This document shows positions 48,282 through 61,624 of a stretch of 64,000 nt of DNA, piece by piece. This stretch comes from Gekko japonicus (lineage: Eukaryota), in assembly GCF_001447785.1 (NCBI RefSeq), contig NW_015159726.1, forward strand, positions 211,988-275,987, given 5' to 3'. The position numbers and the translations under genes are program-made. Position 1 is the first letter of the stretch. Each line of letters starts with the position of its first letter. The notes beneath the pieces were generated by a model. It had not been told where the DNA came from. It did not search any database and was given only the letters and a program-made list of their open reading frames with translations.

Positions 48282-48570
48282 CTTTCAGGCTGAGCGCCCC
48301 TCGCCGTACAAACACTCGGCTTCCCGACTGCGGTGCGCGGCAAGATAAAATCCCCCCCTTAGCCAATGAGAGTCACAGGGAAGACTCTTCCGGCGGCGAA
48401 ATAATGCCCGCAACCAAAAGTTCCTACTTTGGATCTGTCTTCCAGACGACACTAAAATGCTCACGGTGGGATAAAGCTGCTCTTAGTGGACTGAGAGTTC
48501 GCGGCACAGCTGTAAAAGCTGTTATGAGGGGTTAGTACTTCTGTAATAGCTACGGGGTTCGGGGAGAGGA
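48282..48570 (-). promoter_or_regulatory. COMMD2: COMMD2 5'UTR and CpG-rich promoter
   Basis: CpG cluster; CCAAT at ~48363; ETS-type CTTCCGG at ~48387. Confidence 0.65.
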
Positions 48571-48974
48571 TTTTTTAAAATACAAACCATTAATAAGCAA
48601 AAGTTGGAATTGTAGCCTAACGATGCAATTCCAAACACAGTTACTGAAGACGAAGGATTTAATAGGGAATATTTCTGTTTAGGACTGCACTGTGAATCTC
48701 AGCTTCGCCACTTTTTCAATGGGTAGTCTCGGACAAGCCGCTTTCCTCCGATCTCAGTGACTCATCTGTAAAATAAAGATACATCTCTATCCCTGTTCAG
48801 TAGCTACGGTGAGCACATGTATAGTCTGTTTAGTGTAGACTTGATCTTTGAATGTTTGTTGAATAATTCTCATATTACAGACAACACATGAACAGCTCCT
48901 AAGGTTGCCAACCTCCAGGTGGGGCTTGGAGATTTCCCAGAATTACAATGTATCTCCAGATGACATAGACACTG

Positions 48975-49228
48975 GTACCGTCCATCAAGAGTCTGGGCGT
49001 GGTTTTGGATGCCTCTTTAACTATGGAGTTCCAAGTCAGTTCTTCCACCTTCAGCAGGCTTGGCAACTGGCTCCTTTCTTGTTGTGCCCTCACCTAGCCA
49101 TGGTAATCCATGAAACAGTCACCTCCAGGCTTGACTACTGTAACTTGCTCTATGCTGGCCTACCATCGAGAGTGACCCGGAAGCTCCAGCTGATCCAGAA
49201 TGCAGCAGCGCAAGTCCTGACAGGAACA
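48975..49228 (+). mobile_element. L2-like LINE fragment
   Basis: VTSRLDYCNLLYAGLP..KLQLIQNAAAQVLTG. Confidence 0.75.
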
Positions 49229-50645
49229 TCACCGACGGCACATATTCGAAGAGGTAGAGTGCATGTGTGCAACCTCAAGCCACTTCGAGTACGCGTCAGC
49301 AACTAAAAGAAACATTTGTCCCAGAACAGGCCCCGCAAAATCTAGGTGAAGCCTGGACCATGGCTTCCCAGCAGATTCCCACTTTTGCGGTGTGGCAGAA
49401 GGAGGTTCGGGCCTGGCCTGTTGACAGGGCATACAAACTCAAACCCACTCTTCGATATCGGCATCTAAGCCGGGCCACCAAACATATCCCCATGCCAGCG
49501 CCTTCGTATGAACCATCCCGGGGTGCCCTTCGTGCAAGGATTCCAGGACCTTCTCTCTGAGCGTCCCTGGCACGACTACCCGTTTTTCCCCAAAGTACGC
49601 AACCCTTTGAGACAGAGAGTTCGTTTTGGCTCGCACTGAGCGGTTTGAACTCCGGCTCCACAATCCCTGCTGGCCACCCCCTCCACCCCCAGTTTAAAAC
49701 CCGGGCAAGTACATTGTCCTTAGCTGTTGCAGCAGCAATGTCCATGGAGGAGATTGGGGCCTGAGGCAGTTCGTCGATGGCTAGCACCGTGCTAGCTGGA
49801 GCAGGGTCCAAGTCCTGGCTGGGCAGAGGGCAGCGACTGAGGGCGTCCGCTTGTCCAATCGCCTTGCCCGGCCGGTGTTCAAAGTCATAATCATATGCGG
49901 TGAGGAAAATCGCCCACCGCAACATGCGGGAAGACAGGATATTAGGGATTTGCCGGTCCTGGGCAAAGATTCCCAACAGCGGTTTGTGATCCGTCACTAA
50001 AAGAAACTTTCGCCCATACAAAAAATCGTGGAATTTATTTACCACTGATACCAGTGCCAGACCCTCCTTATCAATCTGAGCGTAATTCTTTTCCGCTGCA
50101 GATAACGACTGTGAATAGAACGCAATTGGGGCTTCACTGCCGTCCGGCATTAGGTGGCTAAGGACCGCCCCCCCCAAACGGAGATGCATCCGCTGTGAGC
50201 ACTAGCAGCTTCTGCTCGTCATAATGCGACAACACTGCATTAGACGACAACAAGGCTTTGACTCCCTTGAACGCCTGCTCGTGTTCAGAGCCCCATTTCC
50301 ATTTTGCGTCCTTGTGTAGGAGCGCATGCAAAGGCGCTGCCACTGACACTTTGTGTGGCAGGAAGGCGTGATAGAAATTTAACAGTCCTAAAAAGGACTG
50401 GAGCTCTTTTTTGTTTAGGGGTCGTGGGGCACCCTTAATGGCCGCCACTTTGTCCTCTGTGGGGAGGACACCACTCTCGTCAATTCGGAACCCCAAAAAC
50501 TCCACACTCGGGACCCCCACAAGGCATTTTGACTGCTTTACCTTGAGACCAGCGGACTTAAACCGCTCCAGCACTGTACTCACTCGTTCCATAAGCTCTT
50601 GGTCTGACCCTCCTGCAATCAGTACGTCATTAAAGTATGGAACGA
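49229..50645 (-). pseudogene. Ty3/Gypsy (Mag-like) pol remnant: RT end, RNase H, integrase start
   Basis: PYFNDVLI (YxDD to YFND), LTADASP, TDHKPL, HEGHPG..WWPGLD, WSRLHLDFAGP; several frameshifts. Confidence 0.93.
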
Positions 50646-50996
50646 GTCAGTGAGTGATTCAGCAAAAGATCAGCTTTATTCAGCAACTTGTAAATCAACT
50701 CCAAACAGATCAACATGAATAGCCAGAACAGCTTTAGCACTGAAGCTGTTCTTCTTTTAAACTCTCCCAGCTAATATAGCCACACCCTATTTTACAATAG
50801 CAACCTATGAGGTTGCACGGATAAGGTCAAATCACAATTGTTCCCTCTCATGGAACTGGATGTTGGTGATTAGTCGGCTCTTCCTGGGCTACCAATAGTA
50901 ATTGCGGGATTAGGATCCTAGCCCAGGACGAAGCTTCACATGGTGTTTCAATCACTGCGTTTTCATACAGACATTGGTCACATTGAATACACCACA
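50646..50996 (-). mobile_element. 5' LTR of the Gypsy remnant
   Basis: Starts TGTGGTG; TTTAAAAG then AATAAA on minus strand; homologous to solo LTR at 58148. Confidence 0.8.
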
Positions 50997-51347
50997 CTGG
51001 GGATCCCCCAGAATTACAGCTCATCTCCAGACAACAGAGATCAATTCACCTGGAGAAAATGGATGCTTTGGAGGGTCAGCTGTATGGCACTGTACCCCAC
51101 TGAGGTCACTGTCCTCCTCAGACTCCACCCCCAAATCTACAGGAGTTTCCCAACTTGGATCTGGCAACCCTTTTTGAGCATGCTCTTATTTTCTTTTGTG
51201 TGGTGTTCCCTCACAGTTACTAGCCCTCTTCCCTGTTTGTGTTTGTATGTGTTTTGCTTCATTGTTTTAAATATTTTATATACATTCACATTTTAAATAC
51301 TGTTTTTGAGGTTTGAAATGTTTTAATGAATTGGTTCAAAATGTGGC

Positions 51348-52105
51348 TGTAATGATTCCTTATTTTTGGTGTGTGTGTGTGTGTGTCTTTAAAAGTTTGG
51401 TTGCATGGCTGTGGTAGATAGACTAGAGTGGTTGAGAGAGACAAGTGTGATATGTTCGTGGTTGACAGAGAGGGGGAGGGGTTTTGGAAGTGAAAATGAG
51501 TGGATGAGTATATGAGTCAGTCAAGAGTGACAGTTACAGGTTGTTGACAGTTTAAAAATGTTCAGTTAAGTTCTGTGTATGAAAGAAGTGAGAGGCAGTC
51601 CTGTGTGGAATAAGTTAGTTCAGTGAGAAACAGAAGGAAGGCTGAGAGAATAGGAAAAAGTAAATGAAAGATTAATTGAAGACCAGTTATAGGAAAGACT
51701 GTATGTCCTGGAGAGAAACAATGAACATATATGACCTAGAGTTAAAGTGTTACAAAGTTACCTGAAAGATCCCTGTCAGTAAGGGAGCAGATTGTGTGTG
51801 ATACACCAAGCAATTGTTCATTATCTACACCCTACTAGTTACATTGTTCTACCCTTTTATTTATGAATTACTTCAATAAATCCTCTTTTATTCAAGTATA
51901 CCAGCTCTGAAAGAAATACTTCCTCAGGACCACATAGTTCCTCGTAAGCCTTGTACTCGGTCTACTAAAATAGTAAGAGCAACAGTAAAGTATAAAGGTT
52001 TGGAAAGCCTTAAATTTCCTGGTGGCAGCCGTATATACCTAGTAGAATAAAATAAAGAACAATTTTAAAGGGAAACCGGTCCTCCCCAATAAGGAGAATG
52101 TCACA
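51348..52105 (+). mobile_element. solo LTR
   Basis: TGTAATGATTCCTTATT...AATAAGGAGAATGTCACA; 5-bp TSD GTGGC; internal AATAAA. Confidence 0.85.
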
Positions 52106-52149
52106 GTGGCATAGAAATGTTTTAAATAAATAATATAACAAATCATGTT

Positions 52150-52620
52150 ATTTTTTTAATAACTTTTTTTATTTTGTAAAACATCAGTGAACATACAAAC
52201 ATTTAACACTTAAATAGCATAGTACAAGGCTTAATTGTAAAGTGTCAGTTAGAAACTGCTTATAAGGTTACATGCGATGAAATACTTCATAGTACTTTGA
52301 AGGAACAGTGAATTTGGAAGGTTCAGTATTAAATATGAATTCTAGGAAAGGAAACCATTTCATGTGGAGACTCGATTTCTTATGAGGAACATTGACTGGG
52401 GCTATTACATCAGATAATTTATCCATGATATAGTAGTCCCATATTTTCAAACACCACGAGGATAGTAGCAACTTGTTAGGGGACTTCCAGCTACTTGCTA
52501 TAACCACTTTAGCAGCTGGTAGCAGAACCGAGATGAGTTCCTGACGGAGTTTAGGGATATGGGGGTCATTCCAAAGGTTTAACAGTATAAGATCAGGTTG
52601 TAAAAGATGTGACATATATC
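52150..52620 (-). mobile_element. L1-clade LINE 3' end
   Basis: LLPAAKVVIASSWK..WCLKIWDY..KWFPFLEF; A-rich tail. Confidence 0.7.
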
Positions 52621-53304
52621 CAGGTGGACTGTGGGGGTGTTTACATCTAGACTACAGCATTTCCCAACCTGTATTTTCCTGTTTTGAAGTTACTAACTTT
52701 CACAGAAGGACGCCTGACTTTCTCTGCTTCCCCATTCACTGCTTCAGGTATGATGGGTTCTGTGATATTCTAAACAGCCTTGCAGAATGTGCTGAGAGTT
52801 CCCTGTGAAGTGGAAGATCCAGACTCAGTCCAGGCTGCTTCACCTAACAGAAAAGAACTATAATAAAACTGAAAGGGGGGCCCTTAGGGGGCACACCTGG
52901 CCCAACTCAGGTAACTAGTTTTTATATTGCCCTGATTGACAACCAGCTCTGGACTGAACATGCACAAATGGCCGACTTTGTCAAAAACAAGTTAAGTAGC
53001 AAACCAGTGGGAAGTGGTATCAAAAGGCTGCTCTGAGGCTTCAGGATATGGTGGGCTTCTATATGTCTGTCAGAATCAATACAGTGAAGAGATATTTCAG
53101 TTCTCCATTCAAATAAAGACATGTATTTTGTTTAAGGTAGTGTTAAAAAATTCAGCCCATCCTATCCACAAAGGTGTAGGACAGACAACATTTTAAAGGT
53201 GATGTTTTAAAAAGTAGACACTAAATTAAACTTATCTCGTTCCAAAGACTACAACTTTCAAATACTAATTTATTTATTTATGTATTTAGATATTTATACC
53301 CCAC

Positions 53305-54215
53305 TTTGGTGTAGTGGTTAAGTGCATGGAATCTAATCTCGGAGAGCCAGGTTTGATTCCCCACTCCTCCACTTGCAGCTGCTGGATGACCTTGGGCAAG
53401 CCACAGCTTTGTCAGGCCTGTTCTCTCAAGAGCAATTCTCGAAAGAGCTCTCTCAGCCCCACCTACCTCACAGGGTGCGTTCAGACAGGCATTTAAGCCG
53501 GTATAGATGCCGGTTAGAATCGGAGTACTTACGTGCAATCACACAGCGAACATCTGCCTTCTGTCCCTAACCGTCACAAACACCCTTTAAATTGGTGTAT
53601 TCTGCTACTAGGTCACCAAGTGGTGGTATCCTGAGTGCTCCGGTTCTAACCACATTATGCCCATCTGATTGCTCTCCGCCGGTGTAGAGCCACTTCCGTT
53701 TGGAAGCCGAGGCTTCCGCTTTTTGGCTGCCATTGTTTTTATGCCTCCTTGATGTGCGCTTGGGCGAAGCTTCGCCCCGGCATTTGTAAAAAAAAAAAAA
53801 ATGCTTAGTTTTAGGCTGCAGACGAGTTCGGGACCTCACAGAGGCCCTTTTCGCTGTAAAAGTTTAAAGGGAAGTCTTCGCTTCAGGGCACACTTTTCGG
53901 GATGGGGTGTTCTGCGCCTGCGTGAAGATCTCAACTCTGTGGATGGCTGCCTATGCAAAACCCGCAGACGCGCGCTGCTGCATGTTGGTAGTGTGAACGG
54001 GCATATTGCGATGTGCTGCGCAGTCAGGAGGTGAGTGTGATCGCGTTTCTTCCAGATCAAACTGCTCCGGTTCCAACTGGAGCAGTTTATGCTGGCTTAA
54101 ATGGCCGGTCTGAACGCACCCAATGTGTGTCTGTCATGGAGAGGGGAAGGGAAAAGAGTTTGTAAACCACCCTGAGTCTCTGTGAAGGGTGGGATATAAT
54201 CTCCTCCTCCTCCCC
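53305..54215 (+). mobile_element. Squam3-type SINE split by a Harbinger-like MITE
   Basis: Head 53305-53472, tail 54122-54215. Confidence 0.8.
53473..54121. mobile_element. PIF/Harbinger-like MITE
   Basis: TIRs GGGTGCGTTCAGAC.GGCATTTAAGCC / GGCTTAAATGGCCGGTCTGAACGCACCC; CpG-rich. Confidence 0.8.
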
Positions 54216-55352
54216 CCTCCCCAATGGGAACCCAAACAGCTTACATCATTGTTCTCCCCTCCATTCTTCACAACAACCCTGTGAGGTAGGTTAGGCTCAG
54301 AATATGTGACTGGCCCAAGGTCACCCTTCCATGACAGAGTGGAGATAGGAACCTGAGTCCCCCACATCCTAGTCCTTCACTGTAGCCTCTGTACCACTTG
54401 TCTTATTCACATGTAATTTACAGACTACATGGGAGTGTTTTTCCCCCTATGCCCATGTAGCCAGAAAGTCAGGTATGAAGCCTTAGTTGCTGTAAAAATG
54501 CCAGTGCCATGGCTGGACTATCTGCGCATCAAAAAGCCTTGATTATTACAAGGATGATCCACTCAGGGACTCTTTTTGCACCTGGCTGTGAACTTTGGGC
54601 TGTTCTCTGGAAAGATGGCCAAGAAATAATTTAAATAAATAATGCTTTTTCGTTCCTTTATTGTCTCTGCTGTCAGGAATGCCCGGGCAGGCATGTGGTT
54701 CTTTAAAGGAGATTGTGTCGAGACAAAATTTTGTGTGGGAAGATCTGAGGTTAACAACAAAGATATGAATATGTTGTTTCTTGCTATTTCTGAGAGAGTG
54801 ACATAGCTGTGGTTTAATGGCTTACTTTAAAAAAAATACTTTTGATAGGATTAATGTGTTTTTGAGTCCCAGGAAAACTACATTCAGCCTATGTGAGTCT
54901 CATTAATATTACTCCCACAGGATATGACTTGGATAGGGGCTTAGATCCTGGCTAGCATTTCCTCAGGTGGAAGGAGGGGATTTTTGTCAACACACATCTC
55001 TTGCAGGAGGCCTCTGATCCCCCCAGCTATTCCTGGGAGAGCAGCATTGCAGGAAGCATTAGGGACTGCCATGTGGGAACTGACAAAAATCCGCCCTCCT
55101 CATACTTGTGGAAATTCTAGGCACGATCCAAGCTGTGCTGAATATCAGTATTTTTTCATACGAATACTGATTCGTTTTTGGATTTCTCTCAAATTTCTTC
55201 ATGGGATTCTCTGTGAAGCTAATGAAAAGAGAGACAGCCATAGGACTATATTTTGGGGGGGGGGGGGAATCAAGGGCTATGCTACATCCTTCCTGTCCAG
55301 TATGCCAAATCAGCCTCACTAAGTGGGGCTCCGTGTTTCCAGATGGTGCATC

Positions 55353-55929
55353 AAGGAAATAACTGGACCAATTTCCCACAAGCAGCTGCACTGCCCTCGC
55401 TCTTCCAGTATGGTGCAGTGGTTAAGTGCACGGACTCTAATCTGGGAGAGCCGGGTTTGATTCCCCACTCCTTCACTTGCAGCTGCTGGATGACCTTGGG
55501 CAAGCCATAGTTCTGACAAGAGCTGTCCTTGAAAGGGCAGTTCTTGAAAGAGCTCTCTCAGCTCCACCTACCTCACAGGGTGTCTGTTGTGGGGAGGGGA
55601 AGGAGTTTGTAAGCCGCTGTGAGACTCCAAGTGAAGGGTGGGGTATAAATCCAATCTCTTCTCCTTCTTCCCTTCCCCCAATTGTATTCGCCAATTTCCC
55701 ACTACTTGCTGTGCAGCCGCATTTGACCCGCAGCATCCCCCGATTTTCCCCCATATCTTCTCGATCTCAAAAAACAAGGATCTAGAAGACATTGGGGAAA
55801 TGGTGGGATGTCGTGTGTCAAAATGCGGCTGCATAGCAAGTAGTAAGAAATTGATGGATACAATCAGGGGAAAGGGAAGAGCGAGGGCGGTGCAGCTGCT
55901 TGTGGGAAATCGGTCCTGATTTCTTCCTT
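55353..55929. mobile_element. fold-back palindromic element with a Squam3 SINE (55405-55668) in its left arm
   Basis: ATTTCCCACAAGCAGCTGCACTGCCCTCGCTCTT vs AAGAGCGAGGGCGGTGCAGCTGCTTGTGGGAAAT, plus inner arms. Confidence 0.8.
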
Positions 55930-57434
55930 AACCAGCAGGAACTTTTAAAATTCTCTTGTCATGCCCAAGTGTCTTTGTGTATTTTAGTAGTTATTAACCG
56001 TATGTGTCAGAAACTGTTCAGAAGCACACACACAAGTAAAATAATACAGAATAATACAGAAGGGTATTATGATAACAAGGGCAGACTGGCCATTTAACTT
56101 ACAGGGAAATTTCCTAATGGAACATTACAAATTCAAAAAGTGATATTAAAAGTTCCTGTGCTAAAACCAAGTTCCCATTCTTTAACTGGAAGCAAGTAAT
56201 GTCATGAAATTGAAAGGCATATTTAAAAAAAATATTTGTGGGGCAAATCAGTGCCTTTGCTCGGACCGCACTCCCACTGGCTCCACCCCAGTTTTAGAAG
56301 TTTCAAGCAAGCAGCAAAAGCAGGGATTTTATCAGCCCCATTATGGGTCACCTACAGGGTTAGAGGGTTGTGTGTTCCAGCTTAGGGTATAACAAGTGGT
56401 GTGGGTTTGGTCTAGACATAATGACCAATATATTTAAGGCAAAACATTGTTAAAAAAAAAAGCACTGGCAAAAAACAAAAACTCTCAAGGCAAAAATATA
56501 CAAGAGCTGCTGCAGTAAAGGGAATGATCCTTATTAGCATTAGAAAATGTTGGAATTTAATATTTGCATATACAACCCATGCCTGCATGGGTTCTATGGC
56601 AATAAATCAAGAACAGAACTTGCAAGACAAATTAATTTGGAACAGAATTTCTTTAACTCATAATCCTCCACTACACAGAGCAATACGACAAAGAGTTATG
56701 CTGTTAACCACATTAATATTACAGTGAGAAAACAGTTGCCACAGATAGTCTCTCTCCAGGTTCGGTTAAACTGGATCTTGCTTACAAAACCTTTGTGTGG
56801 TGAGTCCAACTTCTCCAGTCCAACAAAGTGGTTCTTTGTGATGCACTCCTTTTCCAAAAGAAATTGTCGTTCCAACATGTTGCGCAACACAGAAACCAGG
56901 CTACAATCTGCAGCTTGAAAGACATATACGTAGCCCTTAAATAACAATCTAATGACAACAGTAATACCAGTTATATAAAATTCAATTCCTCTCTTTTACT
57001 AATTAACTTTTCAGATGCATAATTTTCCAATTATTTTAGACAAGGTGATGAGCTCAGAAAAGCTTATCCTGCTCTCCAGGCAAACAGAGTCTGCTAACCT
57101 TCATTTTCTGACTCTGGCCCCGCTTGACTAAACTGCCCAGGTCCTTGGGGTTACACATACAGTGGAGGCCTGTTTTTATTTCCAGGCTTTGGTTAAGCCT
57201 AGGTTTTCAAGTCATCTGTTCTTTTGCCATGTTGTGCAAACAATATTCTTTCTCTACAAACGTAATAAAGATGACTCTCCTATATTCGGATTACATTGTT
57301 ATTCAAAATTTATTTTCAGTAGCATACTAAATTAATAACAGCTTGTTTTAGAACCATAATGATCACAGACTTCTGAACAACAACCCTCCAAATACGCAGT
57401 CATGTGTTATATATTACTCATTGAAAATGTATAC

Positions 57435-57440
57435 TTTATT
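57435..57440 (-). terminator. ANKUB1: candidate ANKUB1 poly(A) signal
   Basis: Minus-strand AATAAA ~230 nt after the stop. Confidence 0.4.
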
Positions 57441-57666
57441 AATAATGTTTGTTAAACGCTCTCTGGACATTGTTGCGTGGAGATAAAGGAATACTGGGGA
57501 GCCAGCCTAAGCAGGTCTACTCAGAAGTAAGTCCATGTTTATACAATGGGGTTTACTCCCAGGGAAGTATGTCCTTAGGATAGCAACTTCACTGAATGTG
57601 GCTGAATGTTGTTTTAATTTCTAGATGGATCATCTCCTGGATAAGCTCACTTAAAACTGGGTTCAT

Positions 57667-57751
57667 TCAGCACACAGGTTTGCAGATACTTTTTTTCGCT
57701 AGGGTTCTTGCGATGCTTAGTTGCTGAAGCCAAGGTTTCTCTTTAAATGCA
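57667..57751 (-). CDS. ANKUB1: ANKUB1 last coding exon
   Basis: tgtctcttacag|T+AFKEKPWLQQLSIARTLAKKSICKPVC*; matches recalled ANKUB1 C-terminus SAFKEKRWLQQLEIARVLAKKSI and WWTR1-COMMD2-ANKUB1 synteny. Confidence 0.88.
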
Positions 57752-58147
57752 CTGTAAGAGACAATACAGATATAATGTTTGTTACTTTCCCCAGTCATCA
57801 TTGCAGGAGAGATTAATAGTGCTGTCTTAAGAAAAGTTACAGAAGGGTGCAATTCCACTGAAATCAGTGGTTTTGGAAGAGTGCAACTCTGTTTAGGATT
57901 TATTTTATTGTATGGGATTTGTATCCCACCCTCCTCACATAGCAGGCTCAGGGCGGGTTCCATCAAATATAATATACAAATAATTAAAAACAGTTAAAAT
58001 ATATCAGATAAAATACCATGCAATTCCTGTATAACTAATTAAAGACTCAACAGATGGGCCTATGATAAACTGGGGTTCCAGATGTTACACAGATCTGATC
58101 CACTGAAGGGGGGTTCCAATAGATACATAAAAGGAGGACACCCGCCG

Positions 58148-58506
58148 TGTTAGATCGCCGCTAACAAAGATCCGGAGAGTGATTTCAGCAAAGTAATCAG
58201 CTTTATTGAAGGTACGAACAAGCGCTTAAAAGTATTCATAACCAGAACAGTTTAACATGAGGAGCTAGGCTCCTTTTAAACCTTCCCGGGCTAACGTAGC
58301 CACGCCTATTTACACATAACAACCAATGAGGTTGTCTGGATAAAGTCCAATGAAATACATTCCCGCTCAGGGCATAGGTGCCGTTCTGATTGGTCGCTGA
58401 AACAGAGCGACCAATAGCAAGGTAGTTCCGAGGAGCCGTCGTCCGGCTTGAAGCTTCGCATGGGAAGTGAATGTGGTGATTCCTTAAGTCATTTCAATAC
58501 ATAACA
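58148..58506 (-). mobile_element. Gypsy solo LTR
   Basis: TGTTA...TAACA; perfect 5-bp TSD CGCCG; CCAAT boxes, TTTAAAA, AATAAA on minus strand. Confidence 0.92.
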
Positions 58507-58511
58507 CGCCG

Positions 58512-58985
58512 CCTCAACTAAAAGCCTGGTGGAAGAGCTCCATCTTGCAGGGCCTGTGGATCTATAAGTCCTACAGGGCCCTGATCTCCTATGGGAGCTC
58601 ATTCCACCAGGTAGTGGCCATGGCTGAAAAAGCCCTGGCCCTAGCTGAGGCCTGGGACCACCAGCAGATGCTGATTAGCAGATTGTAACGCTCTTCGACT
58701 TGCAGGTATGCCGGCCCCTCGCCGTATAGGGCTTTGAAGCACCATGTAGTAGATCCACTACTCAATAGGCAGCCAGTGCAGTTTGCACAGCACAGGGTGG
58801 ATATGCATCCACACAGACGACGGAGTCAACACCCATTCTGCTGCGTTCTGCACCAGCTGCAGCTTCCGGAGCAGAGCCAAGGGAGGCCCCATGTAGAAAG
58901 AATTACAATAATTCAGTCTGGAAGCGACCATTGCAGGGGTCACTGTAGCCAGATCCCCTGGGGTGAGGTATGGGGCCTCACAGGA
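58512..58985 (-). mobile_element. L2-like LINE fragment
   Basis: ASRLNYCNSFYMG..KLQLVQNAA..HPVLCKLHWLPI. Confidence 0.75.
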
Positions 58986-59016
58986 TGGCACTGTCAGCCC
59001 CTTATGCCTATAAAAT

Positions 59017-59610
59017 ATTATTTATTTATTTAATTTATATCTTCAATTTCNNNNNNNNNNNNNNNNNNNNNNNNNNNNNNNNNCAAGTTGCGGATTTACA
59101 AGTTCCGAATTTATCCCTAACTAAGGCCACATGTCTACAAGGGTTGGGGCTGCCTACCGGCACCCAGGTGGCAGGGCTCGCTGTTTTCTTGGTTGTTCTT
59201 CCCGGGCGGTCTTTCGGGCGTCAGTGCTCGGTTCCTGGTGTCTGGCGTGGTCGTTTGGTCTGGTGGCTTCTTCTTTCTTTGTTTGGCGGGCCCGTCTTAG
59301 TGTGTGGGTCGTACTGACTTACAGCCCAGCTAACGTCCGTTATGGCTCCGCTGCGCTTGCATCACGTCACCACGTCCTTCTGTGGCTCCAACCTCTGTCT
59401 CCGCCTCCATCACTCCACTTGCCTCGCTCTGCCGCTCCGATGTTACGCCACTCCATCACTGCCGCCATTTCCACCGTCACCGCCGCCGCTGTTGCTTCCA
59501 GTGCTCCTGCCACACACCCCCATACGGGGAGGGTGCCCCCTGCCACCTAAAGGCAGGTACCCATTAATCTACTCGCTTATATTTATTGCTTTTGAACCGC
59601 TGGGTGGTTT
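59017..59610 (-). mobile_element. chimeric GC-rich retroposon (Sauria-SINE segment + body + TAAA tail); contains N gap 59051-59083
   Basis: Body homologous to 13355-13680; 59556-59607 resembles 24892-24940. Confidence 0.7.
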
Positions 59611-60420
59611 AAACATTTCTAGAAATGTCAGAATGTAATAATGATGTAGTAGGATGACATCTTCTCAATAAACGACACAATTATTAATATTATTTATTTA
59701 TGGTTAAAAATATCTGTATCCCATAGTACTATAGATTCCCAAGGTGAATTGCAATCCATTTAAAAAGTGGGTAAAAATGACAGCCAGCTTAAAAAGCTGC
59801 TAGCTATTCCAAGTACAATAACTATGTATTTATAAAGCACCACAAGCATACAAAGAACTGTGCAGAATAACACAAAGAAAGGTCAGGTCCCTTTCCCTGG
59901 GATCTTGCAATCTGAATTCGTGGGGAAGGGAAGAATTAGGGGGGGGGGCAGGAAGGCAAAGGTGACAAGGCAGGAATGTGAGCCAAATCACTGACATGCA
60001 TTTGGGCTTCATTTTAACTGGGGAAAAAGCTAAGAGGTTAAAATTGGAGTTGTCTTGGCAGAGCTGGGCATTGTTTTTGAGCTAGTGCTCAAAGGAAGAG
60101 AGGGGTGTTGTACCATGTAGATGTGCTTACAGGGTATTTGTGACATAAGGGCAATGGGATAGTCAGAGCTCTTAAAAGAGCAAGAAACCTGTAGGTAGAT
60201 AGAATTGTGTGTGGGGGGTCTATATAATCAATACGTTTCCTGTCAGGATAGAGAACAATAGCAATTCACACTGGGAAAATACCACCGGGGGGGGGGGGGG
60301 GGTGGTTAACCCTCTTCTCCCAGCTCTGCAGCCCTTGTTCGATTTTCCCCTGCTCCAGAGGTCCCCAGCGTTTTTGAGCCTGTGTGCTCCTTGGGAATTC
60401 TGACACAGGGTGGCGGGCAC

Positions 60421-60626
60421 CAGTGTTCCCTCTAAGCTGAGTTAGTGTGAGCTAGCTCACAGTTTTTTAGCCTCCAGCTCACACATTTTAGTCTCAGCTC
60501 AGGAAGGATGGCTCCAGAGCAAACTAATTTATGCAGTATCCAAATCACTTGCTCACAACTTCAATGCCAGTAGCTCACAAAGTAGAATTTTTGCTCACAG
60601 GACTCCACAGCTTAGAGGGAACATTG
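60421..60626. mobile_element. hAT MITE (CAGTGTTCCCTCTAAG family) nested in a Charlie-like element (~60356-60973)
   Basis: Perfect TSD GCGGGCAC. Confidence 0.92.
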
Positions 60627-61624
60627 GCGGGCACAATGACAAAATAGCTTCTGTGAGAGGCAAAGCCAGCCACAAAATGACCACTGAAGGAGGTGAGCAC
60701 ACCCAGGAAGCCCAAATACAGGAAACAGGAAGATTAATTTTTAAAAAGCTACGGGGAAAGAGGAGTGAGAGAATAAAACAAACCAGCAGCTTGTGCTGAA
60801 AATAATCATTTTTTAAAATCTGCACAGCCATCCGAGCTCCAATACTAATCAGAAGCCCTGCTGGGCAGTAGCCCCACCTGGCCACACCCGCTTTCTAAAA
60901 GCACCTGATGGGCACCAGAAAAGGTGTCAGCAGGCAGGCATGGCACCCAAGGGCACCACATTGGAGATCTGTGCCCTACACCCACAGCTGGGGTTACTAA
61001 CTTCCAGGTAAGGACTGGAGTTATCCCAACATTACAGCTGACCTCCAGACTATAGAGGTAGTTCTCCTGGAGGAAATGGCAACTTTGTAGGACAGACTCT
61101 GCGGTTTGACGTCCTTGCCGAGCCCCCCCCCTTCCCCAGACTCTGCCCTCCCCAGACATAGCCCCCAGGAATTTCCAAAGCCAGAGTTGGCAACACTACC
61201 CATAACTGTTTTTAAACAACATTGAAAACAATGGAATCTAATGATAGCTCTCCAAGGTCTCTGCTGGTTTGGCTGATAAGAGGCATGAAAGTCATGGCCA
61301 GAGAGGTGAGGGGAGAAGCGTTGCAGAATGAGATCCTTGTAAGGACAATTCGTTCACGGTGGATGAAGGTTATGAGTGGAAGATTAAACAAAGAATGTAT
61401 TTTCTCATTTTAATATGGAACAAATAGGACAAGGTCCAGCCAATGTTGGTAACATTCAGATCATACTGATTTTGATTAATATTAATACTTTATTTTGGTA
61501 AGATCATGTCCATAGTTACTACTTTTCTGTTTGGCATAAAGTGTTTTCTCATGGGTAACCATGTATGGGAGAAGTAGAATTAATTATGTGTACGAAGGCT
61601 GTTGCTTTCTTACAGCTGGGAGTA

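Noticed and set aside
55405-55470. tRNA gene
   Set aside because: Head of a Squam3-type SINE; no complete cloverleaf
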